Shown here: positions 63,955-64,000 of the stretch, in pieces
Position numbering within the stretch: the stretch's first letter is position 1
Layout: each line of letters begins with the position of its first letter
Assembly: GCF_000143415.4 (NCBI RefSeq)
Contig: NW_003314308.1
Span: 1,096,654 to 1,160,653, forward strand
DNA from: Selaginella moellendorffii
Lineage: Eukaryota > Plantae > Lycopodiophyta
Reading direction: 5' to 3'
Length of the DNA stretch: 64,000 nucleotides
Notes under the pieces: model-generated
Told to the model about the DNA's origin: nothing
Seen by the model: only the letters and a program-made list of their open reading frames with translations
The model's database searches: none
Program-made: the position numbers and the translations under genes

Positions 63955-64000
63955 CTGCGAGCAAGCAACAATCGACCTGACAAATCAAAATCCAAATCGG

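Overview
Eukaryotic land-plant genomic DNA. The very short GT-AG introns (about 50-100 bp), tight gene packing and plant-type proteins suggest a compact genome such as the lycophyte Selaginella; this is an inference. There are two conserved gene-dense blocks. 1-8.6 kb holds a subtilase 3' end, a CMC2-like twin-CX9C protein, SnRK1 alpha, a TSO1/TCX CXC protein and cysteine synthase. 41.4-64 kb holds an OTU deubiquitinase, a 1.5k-aa low-complexity protein, a decayed Ty3/gypsy element, a DET2 steroid 5-alpha-reductase, a reticulon, a U-box/ARM E3, a B-box protein and UEV1. Between them lies about 32.5 kb of accessory DNA, bracketed by copies of one ~90-bp promoter segment. Its first part (8.7-23.3 kb) is a patchwork of intron-bearing, deletion-riddled gene fragments: two F-box-associated ORF copies, BCKDH E1-alpha, MCM3, a phosphohexomutase (twice), an F-box and an OTU copy. 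It also contains an unrecognised gene of at least 7 exons whose 3' region forms a long inverted repeat. Its second part (23.3-41.3 kb) is an AT-rich degenerate tandem array carrying nested LTR elements with readable TSDs: a large non-autonomous-looking LTR element with a chimeric LTR, two TRIMs with tRNA-like B-boxes beside the PBS, and a solo LTR. No CRISPR, rRNA or complete tRNA gene was seen. All calls come from reading the sequence by eye, without database searches.
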